This document shows, piece after piece, positions 50,201-60,384 of a stretch of DNA of 64,000 bases. Made by a program: the position numbers and the translations under genes. Below the pieces are notes generated by a model. It was not told the DNA's origin and searched no databases. It was given only the letters and a program-made list of their open reading frames with translations. How positions within the stretch are numbered: the stretch's first letter is position 1; every line of letters begins with the position of its first letter. The DNA comes from an uncultured delta proteobacterium (lineage in GTDB: Bacteria > Myxococcota_A > Polyangia > Polyangiales > Polyangiaceae). The stretch is from the NCBI GenBank assembly GCA_963841435.1, contig CAWJCS010000002.1, positions 224,001-288,000 on the forward strand, given 5' to 3'.

Positions 50201-51304
50201 GTGTCGAGCGCTGAAGTGACCACCCCGTTCAGTCGCGACTTTCGCCAGCGGGTCCGCGTGCACGTCAAAGGGTACGGCGAGCCGCGTGACGCGCTCGCGC
50301 TCGCACACTACGTCGCGGCAGTGGGCCTGTTCGTGACGGCGCAGTTCGTTCAGGCGTCGCTCGCGCGGCAGGTGGCCGAGGCCGTCAGCGCGAGCGTTGC
50401 GGTGCCGAGCGCCGTCGCATGCCTTCGAGCCTTGGCCTGGGCCGGCGGCTCGCTTTGCGTGCTCTTCGTCCAAGTCGGTTCGTTCATCAAGCTGTTCATG
50501 CTCAATCACGATTTGATGCACGGCGCGTTCCTTTCGCGACGCGCCTGGCACTGGTCGCTCGCCGTGGTCGCAGCGAGCTTGATCTTCCTTTCGCCCACCG
50601 TCTGGAAGCGCGAGCACGACCGGCACCATCGCACGAGCAACGACCTCGACGAGCCGCAGGACGGCCAGACCGCGAGCCTCACCGTGGCCGAGTATCGTGC
50701 GCTGTCGCCCTGGCGTCGGCGCGCGTATCGCGTTTTCAACCATCCGTGGCTGCTCTTCACCGTCGTGCCGCTCGGCTATTTCGTGGTGTTCATGCGCCTC
50801 AAGGCACGCTGGCAAGAGAACCTCTGCGTGCTCGCCCTCGTGCTCGGTCTGTGGCGACTCGACCTCTTCGCCGCCTACTTCGTGCCGATGACTCTCGCGG
50901 CGAGCCTCGGTTTCGTCATCTTCCACGCCCAGCACACCTTCGACGGTGTCTACCGCCGCCGGGGCACCGACTGGGACTACTTCGAGAACGGCATGCTCGG
51001 CTCGAGCTTCCTCGTGCTGCCCAACCCTCCCGTCGTCGGTCGCCTACTGCGCTTCTTTGCCCACGGCGTTCAGTTCCACCACGCGCACCACCTGAACCCC
51101 GGCATCCCCGGCTACCGGCTCGAGCGCTGCCACGCCGAGGCCGGCTCCCTGTTCGAGCGCTGCCCACGACTGACGCTTTGGCGCGTCTTCGCGACTCTGC
51201 ACTACAATCTGTACGACGAGGCGCGCGGCTGCTTCGTCGACGCCCGGCGGCTCGAGCACGACGCATCGATGGCCCGAAAGCGCGAGCTCTGCGAAGGTCA
51301 TTGA
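50201..51304 (+). CDS. Membrane fatty-acid desaturase (Des-like)
   Basis: His boxes HDLMH, HDRHH, HHAHH; FHAQHTF. Confidence 0.9.
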   Translation: MSSAEVTTPFSRDFRQRVRVHVKGYGEPRDALALAHYVAAVGLFVTAQFVQASLARQVAEAVSASVAVPSAVACLRALAWAGGSLCVLFVQVGSFIKLFMLNHDLMHGAFLSRRAWHWSLAVVAASLIFLSPTVWKREHDRHHRTSNDLDEPQDGQTASLTVAEYRALSPWRRRAYRVFNHPWLLFTVVPLGYFVVFMRLKARWQENLCVLALVLGLWRLDLFAAYFVPMTLAASLGFVIFHAQHTFDGVYRRRGTDWDYFENGMLGSSFLVLPNPPVVGRLLRFFAHGVQFHHAHHLNPGIPGYRLERCHAEAGSLFERCPRLTLWRVFATLHYNLYDEARGCFVDARRLEHDASMARKRELCEGH

Positions 51305-51356
51305 GCCTCGCCGTGCGGCGCCGTGAAATGCCCAGCCGCCGCGCCGCCTATTGCGC

Positions 51357-51743
51357 TCAGAAAAGCGCGAGCCCGACCATGCCCATGCCCACGATCGACA
51401 CGACCCACAGCACGGTCCGAAGGTAAGGGATGCCCACCGAGTAGGAAAGCGCGTGGGCGAGACGGGCGCCCATGAAGATCTCGGCGCCCTTTGCGCTCGT
51501 CGGACTTTCGCGTCCCGCCACGTGAACCACGAGGACGAGCGCTGCGAAGAGCGGCAGGTTCTCGGCGAGGTTCTTCTCGGCCCGACGCAGCCGCCGCTGT
51601 AACTCGGTCTCGGGCGGTCCCGGCGTGTCGCGGTTCCCGAGGGCCCAGCGGGGCGCTTTCAAGATCGTGGGCGTAGCGGAAATGACAATTAGGGCCCAGT
51701 GCAATGCGACGGCGGCGACGAGCATCCAGAGGTCCGTGGTCAT
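51357..51743 (-). CDS. MAPEG family membrane protein
   Basis: RLRRAEKNLAENLPLF, ARLAHA, LRT. Confidence 0.85.
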   Translation of the reverse strand: MTTDLWMLVAAVALHWALIVISATPTILKAPRWALGNRDTPGPPETELQRRLRRAEKNLAENLPLFAALVLVVHVAGRESPTSAKGAEIFMGARLAHALSYSVGIPYLRTVLWVVSIVGMGMVGLALF

Positions 51744-51883
51744 GGTTGCGAGCGGCTACCACGGGCTCGAGTGCCCGTGTAGCTGCCCCAGAGCTCGCAG
51801 CCCCGCGGACGCCGCCACTTCGGCGATATCGGAGAATTGGCGCGCTGCGGTGGCCTGCGCGAAATCCTGGGGTAAAGTAGAGG

Positions 51884-52423
51884 ATGGTGAACGGAGTGAA
51901 GGGCAGGTGTGGTCTGGCCGTGGCCGCCGTCGCGGGCATCTGCCTCATGGCCGGCCCCGCCTGGGGTCACGTGGCATTCGATGGCCTCCAACCGGGCGCA
52001 GAATTCGTAGCAGGCTCGGTGGCGGAGCTCTCGTGGGTCGATACGATCACGCACGAGACGACCGGCTATAACCTCCAGTTCGTTCCGGGAGGAGGCGCGG
52101 CGGCGGTCCCGATCGCCACCAACCTTCCGCCGACTCAGCACAGCGTGAGTTGGCAGGTTCCCGCCGATCCGTGCTCCGACTGCGCGCTCTACGTCCTTCA
52201 GGACAACGTTGCGACGGACTACTCCGCCACGCTCCCCATCACCATCGTCGCCGATGAAAGCGAGCTGATGCCCGACGCCGGCAGCATGGATGGTCCGCCC
52301 GAGACGCCCGAGGGCGGTTGCTCGGTCGTCGCGGGGTCGCGCTCCGCGCCGGTGCAAGGCCCACTCGCGGTGGTCTGGTTGCTGGCGACTGCTTCGCTCG
52401 TCCTCCGGCGCCGGCACGCGTAG
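51884..52423 (+). CDS. Small His-brace (SCE4755/LPMO-like) protein with MYXO-CTERM sorting tail
   Basis: Signal ...GPAWG|H; W.DTITH; PCSDCALYVLQ; GGCSV + TM + RRRH. Confidence 0.65.
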   Translation: MVNGVKGRCGLAVAAVAGICLMAGPAWGHVAFDGLQPGAEFVAGSVAELSWVDTITHETTGYNLQFVPGGGAAAVPIATNLPPTQHSVSWQVPADPCSDCALYVLQDNVATDYSATLPITIVADESELMPDAGSMDGPPETPEGGCSVVAGSRSAPVQGPLAVVWLLATASLVLRRRHA

Positions 52424-52440
52424 GCCGCCCGGCGCCGCGT

Positions 52441-53523
52441 TCAGCGTCCGAGCAGGGCGGCGAACGCGCCGTCGTACGCCGGCTTTTTCGAGCCGTCGGC
52501 GTCGAACAGCAACGGGTAGTGCGGGCCGTCACCGGCCCAGGTCCACTGGCTCTGGTCGTCGAGCCAGGTGTGGGCGTCGGTGACGCCCCACGTGGTGATC
52601 GACTGGCAACGCGGGTTCGCGACGCAAACGGCGACGAGGTCGTGGTAGCGCGCGCGCTGCACCTCGAGCTTGGTCGCGAGGTCGCCCGCGACGGTGCCGA
52701 CCCGCACGTCGAGCTCGCTGAAGTTCACGAGCAACCCGAGGTCGGTGAACCGCGCGAGCGTCTCTGCCAGGCTCTCGGGCGTCGGGTCGCCCTCGGCGGC
52801 CGCGTGCATCTGAATTCCCACGCCGTCGAGCGGTACGCCCGCGTCGAGCAAGCGCTCGACGAGCGTGACGGTTGCGTCGAGCTTGCTCGGGGAGCGCTCG
52901 AGGTCGTAGTCGTTGTAGAAGAGCAGCGCATCCGGATCGGCTTCGTGGGCGGCCACGAACGCCTCGTCGATGAATCCCTCGCCGAGCTGGTCGTAAAAGA
53001 CCGTGTGCCGGTACCCGCTAGGGTCGTGGTCGTCGAACACTTCGTTGACGACGTCCCACGCCACGACCTTCCCGGCGTAGTGGGCGACCACGGTCTGAAT
53101 GTGGTTCAGCATCGCGGCGCGGAGGTCCTCCGCCGTCTCGAGCTCCGAAACCCAGGAGGGCAGGGAGTAGTGCCAGACGAGCGTGTGGCCCTTGATCTTT
53201 AGCTCGTGCTTTTCGGCGAAATCGACGAGCGCGTCAGGGGCGCTGAAGTCGAAGCGGCCGGGGTAGGGCTCCGTCGCCTCCCACTTCATCTCCCACTCCG
53301 GCGTCATGTACCCGAATTCCGTACCGGCCACCTCCGCGTACACTTTGTCCGAGACGAGATAGGTCGATTGCAGCGCGGCGCCGAACAGGCGCCCGCTCGA
53401 GTCCGCGGCAGCACGCAACGTCCCCGGGGGCGAGGGCGGCGCATCGTCGTCTCCACCGCACCCGATCACTCCGAGCACGAGCGCGACGACCGCGACGTAG
53501 CGAGCGCGAAGAAGAAAGCTCAT
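52441..53523 (-). CDS. GH10 endo-1,4-beta-xylanase lipoprotein
   Basis: TPEWEMKW, KGHTLVWH, WDVVNE, YNDY, GIQMH, SELDV, TWGVTD. Confidence 0.95.
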   Translation of the reverse strand: MSFLLRARYVAVVALVLGVIGCGGDDDAPPSPPGTLRAAADSSGRLFGAALQSTYLVSDKVYAEVAGTEFGYMTPEWEMKWEATEPYPGRFDFSAPDALVDFAEKHELKIKGHTLVWHYSLPSWVSELETAEDLRAAMLNHIQTVVAHYAGKVVAWDVVNEVFDDHDPSGYRHTVFYDQLGEGFIDEAFVAAHEADPDALLFYNDYDLERSPSKLDATVTLVERLLDAGVPLDGVGIQMHAAAEGDPTPESLAETLARFTDLGLLVNFSELDVRVGTVAGDLATKLEVQRARYHDLVAVCVANPRCQSITTWGVTDAHTWLDDQSQWTWAGDGPHYPLLFDADGSKKPAYDGAFAALLGR

Positions 53524-53852
53524 CGTGCGCCCCTTTTGCCACGGGCTCGGCTCCGCCGCCAGGGTCGGGCGAGCCCGACGCGCAAGGGCAAAAAAGACCG
53601 GCCCGAGGCGACCCGTGGCACGGCGCCGTATGGCGGTGACGCACGTCTTTTAGTACCAATGCGGGGACGTGACGCTTGAAGCGCTGAAGCGCCTGAAGAC
53701 CCGTCTGCAGTTTACGGGGCACGTTTCGGCGCGCCTCACGGTGTGGCCCGTCGTCGGTGCGCACGAGTTTTGTGTTGCGCTGATTCCCGCCGTCTACGAC
53801 CGAAAGGCCGTAATCGACGTCGGGAGGATGACTTGAGCCGGGTCGCTGGCGC

Positions 53853-54899
53853 GTGAGCCGCTCTGTCGCTTCGAGCTCGCTCGCTTTCGTCGCGCTGGTC
53901 TTGGCGGTGGTGGCTGCGCCCGCGTGCACGCGTCACAACTCTCCCTCAGCGTCGACGCCGCGAGCGTCCGTCCCCACGCCGAGCGCTGCGGCCGGCGCCG
54001 ACCCCGGACGCCCTCGATTGGAAGGAGCCGAGCTCGCCGACGACCCCGCGGCCCGCACCGGATCGCTGGACGCTCCGAGGGCGGTTGGCTCTGCTCCGGA
54101 CGTGGCAGCCGCCGAGCTCGCCGACGGCTCGCCCTCCGAAGGGGGTGACGAGGCGCACACGCCGCCCGAAGAGGTTGACGACGACGACGAGCAACCGGCC
54201 GCGCACGGTGTGGCCGATACCGCGACGGCGGAGCCCGCTCCAGATGCTTCGCGTTTCGCGTTCCGGACGACGATGCCGCTTCGGATGTTGGGTGCGAGCT
54301 CGCCTGCGATGCATGCCGCCAATTTGTCGCCCGCCTCGTGCAGCACCGAGCTAAGAACCAAGAAACTGCCGTTCGCTCGGGCTCCCGGTCCCGCGCCGGG
54401 CGTCGCCCTGCCGGTGCGGATCACGGGCCCCCTCCACGGCGTGCACTTCGCCACGCCGGGAAAGAAGAGCGTCTACGGCAAGCTCGACTGCCGCCTCGCG
54501 CTGGTGCTCGAGCGCTTCGCCGAAGTGCTCGAGAAACACCACGTCGCGAAAGTGTTCGTCGACAACCTGTATCGCCCGCACGCCCGCCTGGCGGGGCGGC
54601 GTGTGAAGAGCCAGCACCGCTACGGGCTTGCCATGGACGTGATGGGCTTCGAGCTCGAGGATGGCACGCGCCTCATCGTCGAGCGCGACTTCGGCGCCGA
54701 GTTGGGCCGGCCCCCCTGCGGCCCCGAGAGCACTCTCCCCGTCCTTACCGAGGCGGCGCTCGAGCTGCGAAACCTCGTGTGCGACGTGGTCCGCGCCGGC
54801 GTGTTTCACCACGTGCTCACCCCCAACTTCAATCGCGCCCACAGAAACCACTTCCACCTCGACATCAAGCGTGGTGAGCGGCGGTCGCTTTCGGAGTGA
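53853..54899 (+). CDS. Extensin-like C-terminal domain lipoprotein
   Basis: Lipobox APA-C; LDCRLA, SQHRYGLAMDV, VLTPNFNRAHRNHFHLD. Confidence 0.85.
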   Translation: MSRSVASSSLAFVALVLAVVAAPACTRHNSPSASTPRASVPTPSAAAGADPGRPRLEGAELADDPAARTGSLDAPRAVGSAPDVAAAELADGSPSEGGDEAHTPPEEVDDDDEQPAAHGVADTATAEPAPDASRFAFRTTMPLRMLGASSPAMHAANLSPASCSTELRTKKLPFARAPGPAPGVALPVRITGPLHGVHFATPGKKSVYGKLDCRLALVLERFAEVLEKHHVAKVFVDNLYRPHARLAGRRVKSQHRYGLAMDVMGFELEDGTRLIVERDFGAELGRPPCGPESTLPVLTEAALELRNLVCDVVRAGVFHHVLTPNFNRAHRNHFHLDIKRGERRSLSE

Positions 54900-55011
54900 G
54901 ACTCCGGCCCGCCGGTGCAGGGCGTCATCGCGCAGGACTCGAAAAAACCACCCGCCTCATGCGAAAAGCCACGCCCGCCACGCGACGCGAGCTGTGGCAA
55001 GAATACGGGCC

Positions 55012-56007
55012 ATGCGAAGCCCAGCTTTTTCTCGAATCGTCTCGTTCCTCTTCGTCACTTCCGTCCCGTTCGCCGTCATGAGCTGCTCGAGTACCGACAC
55101 GACGCCGAGCAACACGGGTGGCGCGAGCTCCGGTGCGAGCGGTGGTAGCTCGGGCGTTGGCGGAAGCGGAACGGGTGGCTCTTCGGGTACGGCAGGCAGC
55201 GTGACTGGCGGTACGTCCGGAGCGGGTGGCAGCTCGGGCACGGGGGGAGCGGGTGCCGGCGCGGGTGGCAGCGTAGCGGGTGGCGCGGGTGCGGGTGCGG
55301 GCGGTCAGTTGGCAGGTGGAGCGGGCGGCCTCGGCGGTGATGGCATGGGGGGCGCTGGTCAGGGCGGTTCCACGAGCGGTGGAGCTTCGGGTGGCGGCAT
55401 GGGCGGCGCCGGCGAAGGCGGCGTCATGAGCGGTGGAGCTTCGGGTGGCGGCATGGGTGGTGTCGGCGGACCTTCGGGCGGCGCGTCCGGCGGCGGTGGC
55501 ACGAGCTCGGGTGAGTTCACGCTCACGAGCCCGAGTCTCGAGGAGGGTGGCCACTTCGATGCTGCGTACACCTGCGCCTCGAACAACGGAACGTTGGGCG
55601 GCGGCGTCAATCCCGAGCTCAATTGGTCCGGAGTCCCGGCGGGCACGAAATCGCTCGCCATGACCTTCATCGATACGACGCTCGGAGAAGACAATCGATT
55701 GGGGCAGCACTGGGCGATCTGGAACATTCCCTGGGATGGCTCGAAGGTGAGCCAGCTCCCGGAGGGAACGAAGATGTTGTCCGGCGACCTCATGGCCGCC
55801 AAGCAGAGTGGGACGTTCCTGGCACCTTGTGCCCAATCGCTCATGAACAACATGGACGATCAGTACGCGTTCACGATCTACGCGCTTTCGACCGATACCC
55901 TGAACATCTCGGGAACCACCGTCGCGAATGCTCTGACGGCGCTGAGGGCGGCGACGCCGCTCGGAACGGCGGTTTTGACGGGACACGCGGGCCTCAAGGG
56001 CGAGTAG
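55012..56007 (+). CDS. YbhB/YbcL (PEBP) family lipoprotein
   Basis: Lipobox AVMS-C, Gly linker, FTLTSP, NPELNWSGVPAGTKSLA, HWAIWNIP, YAFTIYAL. Confidence 0.88.
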   Translation: MRSPAFSRIVSFLFVTSVPFAVMSCSSTDTTPSNTGGASSGASGGSSGVGGSGTGGSSGTAGSVTGGTSGAGGSSGTGGAGAGAGGSVAGGAGAGAGGQLAGGAGGLGGDGMGGAGQGGSTSGGASGGGMGGAGEGGVMSGGASGGGMGGVGGPSGGASGGGGTSSGEFTLTSPSLEEGGHFDAAYTCASNNGTLGGGVNPELNWSGVPAGTKSLAMTFIDTTLGEDNRLGQHWAIWNIPWDGSKVSQLPEGTKMLSGDLMAAKQSGTFLAPCAQSLMNNMDDQYAFTIYALSTDTLNISGTTVANALTALRAATPLGTAVLTGHAGLKGE

Positions 56008-56109
56008 TCGTCAGCGCCCATCGACCCGCTCCATCGCCCTCGCGGGCATCCACGGCGCTCGAGCTCACCGGCCAATAGGGCCTGCACGAGCCGCGGTCGT
56101 CCCCCGGGG

Positions 56110-56787
56110 TTGACGACCGTCCGACAACACTGCAACCATCACGGATTGGCTGAACCGGGAGCGCTCACGCAATCACGACCCAAAACGGGAGTCATTCCGC
56201 CCGCGCACCGGAGAGGTTTCACGCTCGTCGAGCTCATGCTGGTGATCGCGATCATCGGTATTCTTTCGACGCTGGCGACGTTCGGAGTGAACGGGTACGT
56301 GGCAAGGGCCAAGACGGCCGAAGCGATCACCAACGTCGGTGCCATCGGCCGCGCAGTGCACTCGGCCGCCGCGAGGTTGGGCGCCGAGGCCGGCAACGGG
56401 GCCGCGCCCGGGCTTTGCGGAACCTCGACGCTCGTTCCGAAAGCCGTGCGCTTCATTCGTGCCAAGAAGTATCAGCCGGACCCCGCACCAGGAAAAGACT
56501 ACAACGAGGGTGATTCGGTGACGGGCTGGCCATGCCTGCGCTTTTCGATCAATTCGCCGCAACGGTATCGCTACCGATACCAGACGGGCGGCGCGCCGGC
56601 GGCCGTCGGGCTGCCTCGCCGCGGCAAGCCGCGCGGAGTCAACGCGGCGCACGCGTGGGCAGCCTACGCGCAGGGCGATCTGGACGGAGACGGCGTGTAC
56701 TCGTGGATCGTGCTGCTCGGCCGCATCACCGATGAGCAGGAAGTGATCGCGGCGCCGACGTTCCACATACAAGACGAGGAGGAATGA
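56110..56787 (+). CDS. Type IV pilin-like protein
   Basis: RRG|FTLVELMLVIAIIGIL prepilin motif; AQGDLDGDG; start uncertain. Confidence 0.9.
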   Translation: MTTVRQHCNHHGLAEPGALTQSRPKTGVIPPAHRRGFTLVELMLVIAIIGILSTLATFGVNGYVARAKTAEAITNVGAIGRAVHSAAARLGAEAGNGAAPGLCGTSTLVPKAVRFIRAKKYQPDPAPGKDYNEGDSVTGWPCLRFSINSPQRYRYRYQTGGAPAAVGLPRRGKPRGVNAAHAWAAYAQGDLDGDGVYSWIVLLGRITDEQEVIAAPTFHIQDEEE

Positions 56788-56791
56788 GCCG

Positions 56792-58400
56792 ATGGACCAG
56801 GGCGAGGCCATCGCCGTGTCTTCGAGCGTAGCGACCCGTCTCGAGCCGGGGGACACCGTGCTGGGCGTCGAGTTGCTCGAGGTCGCTGGCAGCGGCGTGC
56901 GAGGTCGCGTCTGGCGGGCCCGGGATTCGGCCGGAGACATCGTGGCGCTGAAAACCTACGAGAGCGGCGTCCATGGAGGCTATTCGGATGCATCCGCGTT
57001 CGAACGCGGCGTTGACGCGCTCAACCGGCTCGCGTTTTCGGATCCCGAAGGAAGGGTGCGAACCCCTCGGCTGATCGCGGTGGCGCTCGACCGCCGCGCT
57101 GTGGTGGAAGAATACGTCGCGAACGGGGACGCGAGGGGGATCCCTGCGCTCGCTTGGGACGCGGACCGAGTCGTGGGTTTCTTCCTCGCGCTGACCCGAA
57201 GCGTCTCTGCGCTCCACGAGCTTGGCATGACGCATGGGGCGCTCAAGCCGACCAACGTGCTCGTCGATCGCGATCTCTTGCCCGTGTTGAGCGACCCCGG
57301 CAAGATTGCTCCGCAGGATCCGGGGAAGGCGATTGACCCGACCGACGCGATCTTCCGAGCGCCCGAAGAGCTCTTCGAAGGAGCCACGCAGAGTTTCGGA
57401 GGTGACGTCTTCGGCTTGGGGAAGCTGTTGTCGTTTCTCTTGGCGGGGACTGCGCTCGGTCGTTCTGCCGACGGCTTGGAGGAGCTCAAGGCGCTCGAGA
57501 GCTGTCCCCGGGGGCTCGTGCGGATCGTTCGTCGGGCGACGGCTCACGATCCCGAGGTTCGTTACCCGAGCGTGGTCGACCTCGCGGCCGACGTTGAACA
57601 GTATGGGCGCTCGGACAATGTCGGGCTGTCCAGCATCAGCCCCGAGCTGAGCGAACAGACGGCACGACTGAGCAACGCGATTCTGCCGGTGGCGACGGCC
57701 CCCCGGCCTGACCCCGTGCGGACCCCTCCCAGGGAGCAGCCCGAGCGGGAGCGAAGCCGACCGCGCAACATCGACGTGTGGGTGGGCGGCGCGGGTGTCG
57801 CGTTGGCGGCGGCCGCAACGCTGAACCTCGCCGCCAGGCCGCTCCCCAGCCTCGACGACGCGACGATCTTCGGCGTCGTTCTGACGGTGGCGCTCGCGCT
57901 TGCCACGTTTCTGGTCCCTCCCTACCGGAAAAACCCGCTGCTCGGGCGCGTTGCCCTGGTGCTGGGGGCGACGCTCCTCTACCCCTTCATGGAGCCGCAG
58001 TCGCTGGCCGTGCCACGATGGCAACGCACGTTGCGAAGTGGGAGCTTGAAAGAGCGAGCCGAGGCGGCGTGCCTGCTCGTCAGGAGGGGCGCCTTCGATC
58101 TCACGGGAGCGCGCCTGGCGGGCGCGGATTCTCGCGGGCAAGAATCTCGGCGAGGCCGATTTCGCGAACGCGAACCTCGAGGGGGCGAACCTCGAGGAGG
58201 CGAGCCTGGTCGACGCGAACCTCGTGGGCGCGGCCGTTCGGGCGGCGAATCTGACGGGCGCCGACCTATCCGGCAGCAGCATCGAGCGGGCCAAGGACTT
58301 CGCGTCCGCGCGCTGCAGTCCGGCGACCGAAATGCCCGCCGCCTGGACCTGTGCGAGCGGACGGCCCGTCCTGCGCCCGGTTCCGACTCCAAGGCGGTGA
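56792..58400 (+). CDS. Degenerate kinase domain + TM helices + pentapeptide repeats; +1 frameshift at ~58130
   Basis: ALK, HGALKPTN, SDPG, APE. Removing one T gives ADLAG KNLGE ADFAN ANLEG ANLEE ASLVD ANLVG..., ending at TGA 58400. Confidence 0.8.
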
Positions 58401-58494
58401 CCCGGGCCGGGCGAAGCCTGTCGCGTTGCGGTCGATCGTCGGCGAGCGACGGACCGCGTTGAGAACGCGGACCCAACGTCGTACGGCGGAACGG

Positions 58495-60384
58495 ATGACT
58501 CACGACGCGTCCCCTTCCAGCCTGCGGCTGCTTCGCCCGATCGACCGCCGTCGCGATCATCTGAGGCCGGTGGGGGGTCATCCCCAGGTTCTCGTCGTCG
58601 GCTACGCAGACTTTCTGTGTCCGTACTGCCGGCGGCTCCGCGAGGTGTTTGCGCGGCTGCGTGAGGTGCTCGGCGAGCGGTATGCGTACGCTTTCCGCCA
58701 CTTTCCGAACGAGCGGGCGCATCCGGGCGCGGAGCTCGTGGCGCGCGCCGCGGAGGCCGCCGCGATGCAGGGGCGCTTCTGGGAGATGCACGACGCGCTG
58801 TTCGACCACGAGCTGCCGATTGCCGAAGCCGAGGTGCTCGAGATCGCGGGTGCGCTAAGGCTCGATCTCGAACGGTTCCGCCGCGACATGGACGGCGACG
58901 CCGCCCGAGAGCGCGTCGCCGACGACCTCGCTGCCGGACGAGAAAACGGCATTACGGGAACTCCGACGCTCTTCATCGATGGGCTCCGCTACGATGGCGC
59001 CTGGGATTTTCATTCGCTGCTCGAGGGGCTGGACCGCCCGGTTGGCGCCCGGTTGCACCGCTCTGCGCGCGTGTTCGCGAGCCTGCCTGCGTCCGGAGGC
59101 ATCGTGCTTTTGATCGCGGCGCTGCTCGCCATCTTCGCGGCCAACACGGGCATCGCGCCGCTCTACGAGCGGATCATGAACACCGACTTCGGCCTCGGAC
59201 CGACCGACATCATGCTGTCGATGACGGTGCGCGAGTGGCTTTCGGAAGGCTTGCTCTCGTTCTTCTTTCTCCTGGTCGGGGTCGAGATCCGGCGCGAAAT
59301 GACGGTCGGCGCGCTTGCGGATCGGCGCGCTGCGATCCTGCCGGTCGTCGCGGCGGTCGGGGGCGTGGTGGCGCCGGCGCTCGTCTACCTCGCGTTCAAT
59401 CGCGGTCCGACGTCGCACGGCTGGTCGGTCCCGACCGCCACCGACATCGCGTTCACGCTGGGGATCCTGGCCGTGCTCGGGACGCGCATCCCCACGGCGC
59501 TGCTCGTGTTCGTGGCGGCGCTCGCGGTCGTCGATGACGTACTGTCGGTGCTGACGCTCGCGATCTTCTACCCGCGCTCGTTCGAGCCCACGTTCCTCGT
59601 GGCCACGGCCGCGGCCGTGCTGGGGCTTTTCGCGCTGAATCGCGCGAGGGTGTACCAGCTGTGGCCGTATGCCGCGGTGGCCGCGGTACTGTGGCTGTCG
59701 CTGCATGCTGCAGGCGTGCACGCAGCGCTGGCCGGCGTGGTGCTTGCGCTTTGCTTGCCGACGCGCGCCCCGCCGAAGGCGGCTCCGCTGCTCGCCCAAG
59801 CCGCGACGGCACTTGCGGCGCTCGAGCACGCTGAGGACGAGGCGAGGCGCGTGGGCGACGAAGGCTTCCGCGCCGAGAGCGAGCCGGTCTGGGACTGGGC
59901 CGCGGAGAATCTATCCGCGGCGAGCGCGCGGCTGCTTTCGCCGACCGACCGCGTCGAGCGCGCCGTTTCCCCGTGGAGCGCGTACTTCATTCTCCCGCTT
60001 TTCGCGTTTTCCGCGACGGGGGTCAGCCTCGCTGTCGATTTTTCTGCCGGCGGTGCGCGTGACATCTTCCTGGGTGTCGTCGTGGCCCTGGTGGTCGGCA
60101 AGCCCGTCGGCGTGCTCGCGGCGTGCGCCATCGCCGTCGCCACGGGCGTGGCCGTCGTGCCACGGGGGCTCACGCGGCGTCACTTCATCGGCGCGGCGTG
60201 CCTCTGCGGCGTGGCGGACACGGTGGCCCTTCTCATCGCTGATCGAGCCTTTTCCGAGCCTGAAAACGCTGCCGTCGCCAAGGTCGCCGTGCTCGTCGGC
60301 TCGACGCTCGCCGGAACGCTCGGGGCGCTCGTCCTCAGGCGACGCATTCCGGAAGTCACGCCCGTCGTCGACGGCAGAAGCTGA
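58495..60384 (+). CDS. nhaA: Na+/H+ antiporter NhaA with N-terminal DsbA/thioredoxin domain
   Basis: DFLCPYC, FRHFP, GTPTLFI; then FFFLLVGVEIRRE, PTATDIAF, LAVVDD, GKPVG. Confidence 0.92.
   Translation: MTHDASPSSLRLLRPIDRRRDHLRPVGGHPQVLVVGYADFLCPYCRRLREVFARLREVLGERYAYAFRHFPNERAHPGAELVARAAEAAAMQGRFWEMHDALFDHELPIAEAEVLEIAGALRLDLERFRRDMDGDAARERVADDLAAGRENGITGTPTLFIDGLRYDGAWDFHSLLEGLDRPVGARLHRSARVFASLPASGGIVLLIAALLAIFAANTGIAPLYERIMNTDFGLGPTDIMLSMTVREWLSEGLLSFFFLLVGVEIRREMTVGALADRRAAILPVVAAVGGVVAPALVYLAFNRGPTSHGWSVPTATDIAFTLGILAVLGTRIPTALLVFVAALAVVDDVLSVLTLAIFYPRSFEPTFLVATAAAVLGLFALNRARVYQLWPYAAVAAVLWLSLHAAGVHAALAGVVLALCLPTRAPPKAAPLLAQAATALAALEHAEDEARRVGDEGFRAESEPVWDWAAENLSAASARLLSPTDRVERAVSPWSAYFILPLFAFSATGVSLAVDFSAGGARDIFLGVVVALVVGKPVGVLAACAIAVATGVAVVPRGLTRRHFIGAACLCGVADTVALLIADRAFSEPENAAVAKVAVLVGSTLAGTLGALVLRRRIPEVTPVVDGRS

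Noticed and set aside
53537..53620. 9-bp inverted repeat TGCCACGGG/CCCGTGGCA upstream of GH10
   Set aside because: Short and GC-rich; matches no riboswitch I recognise.
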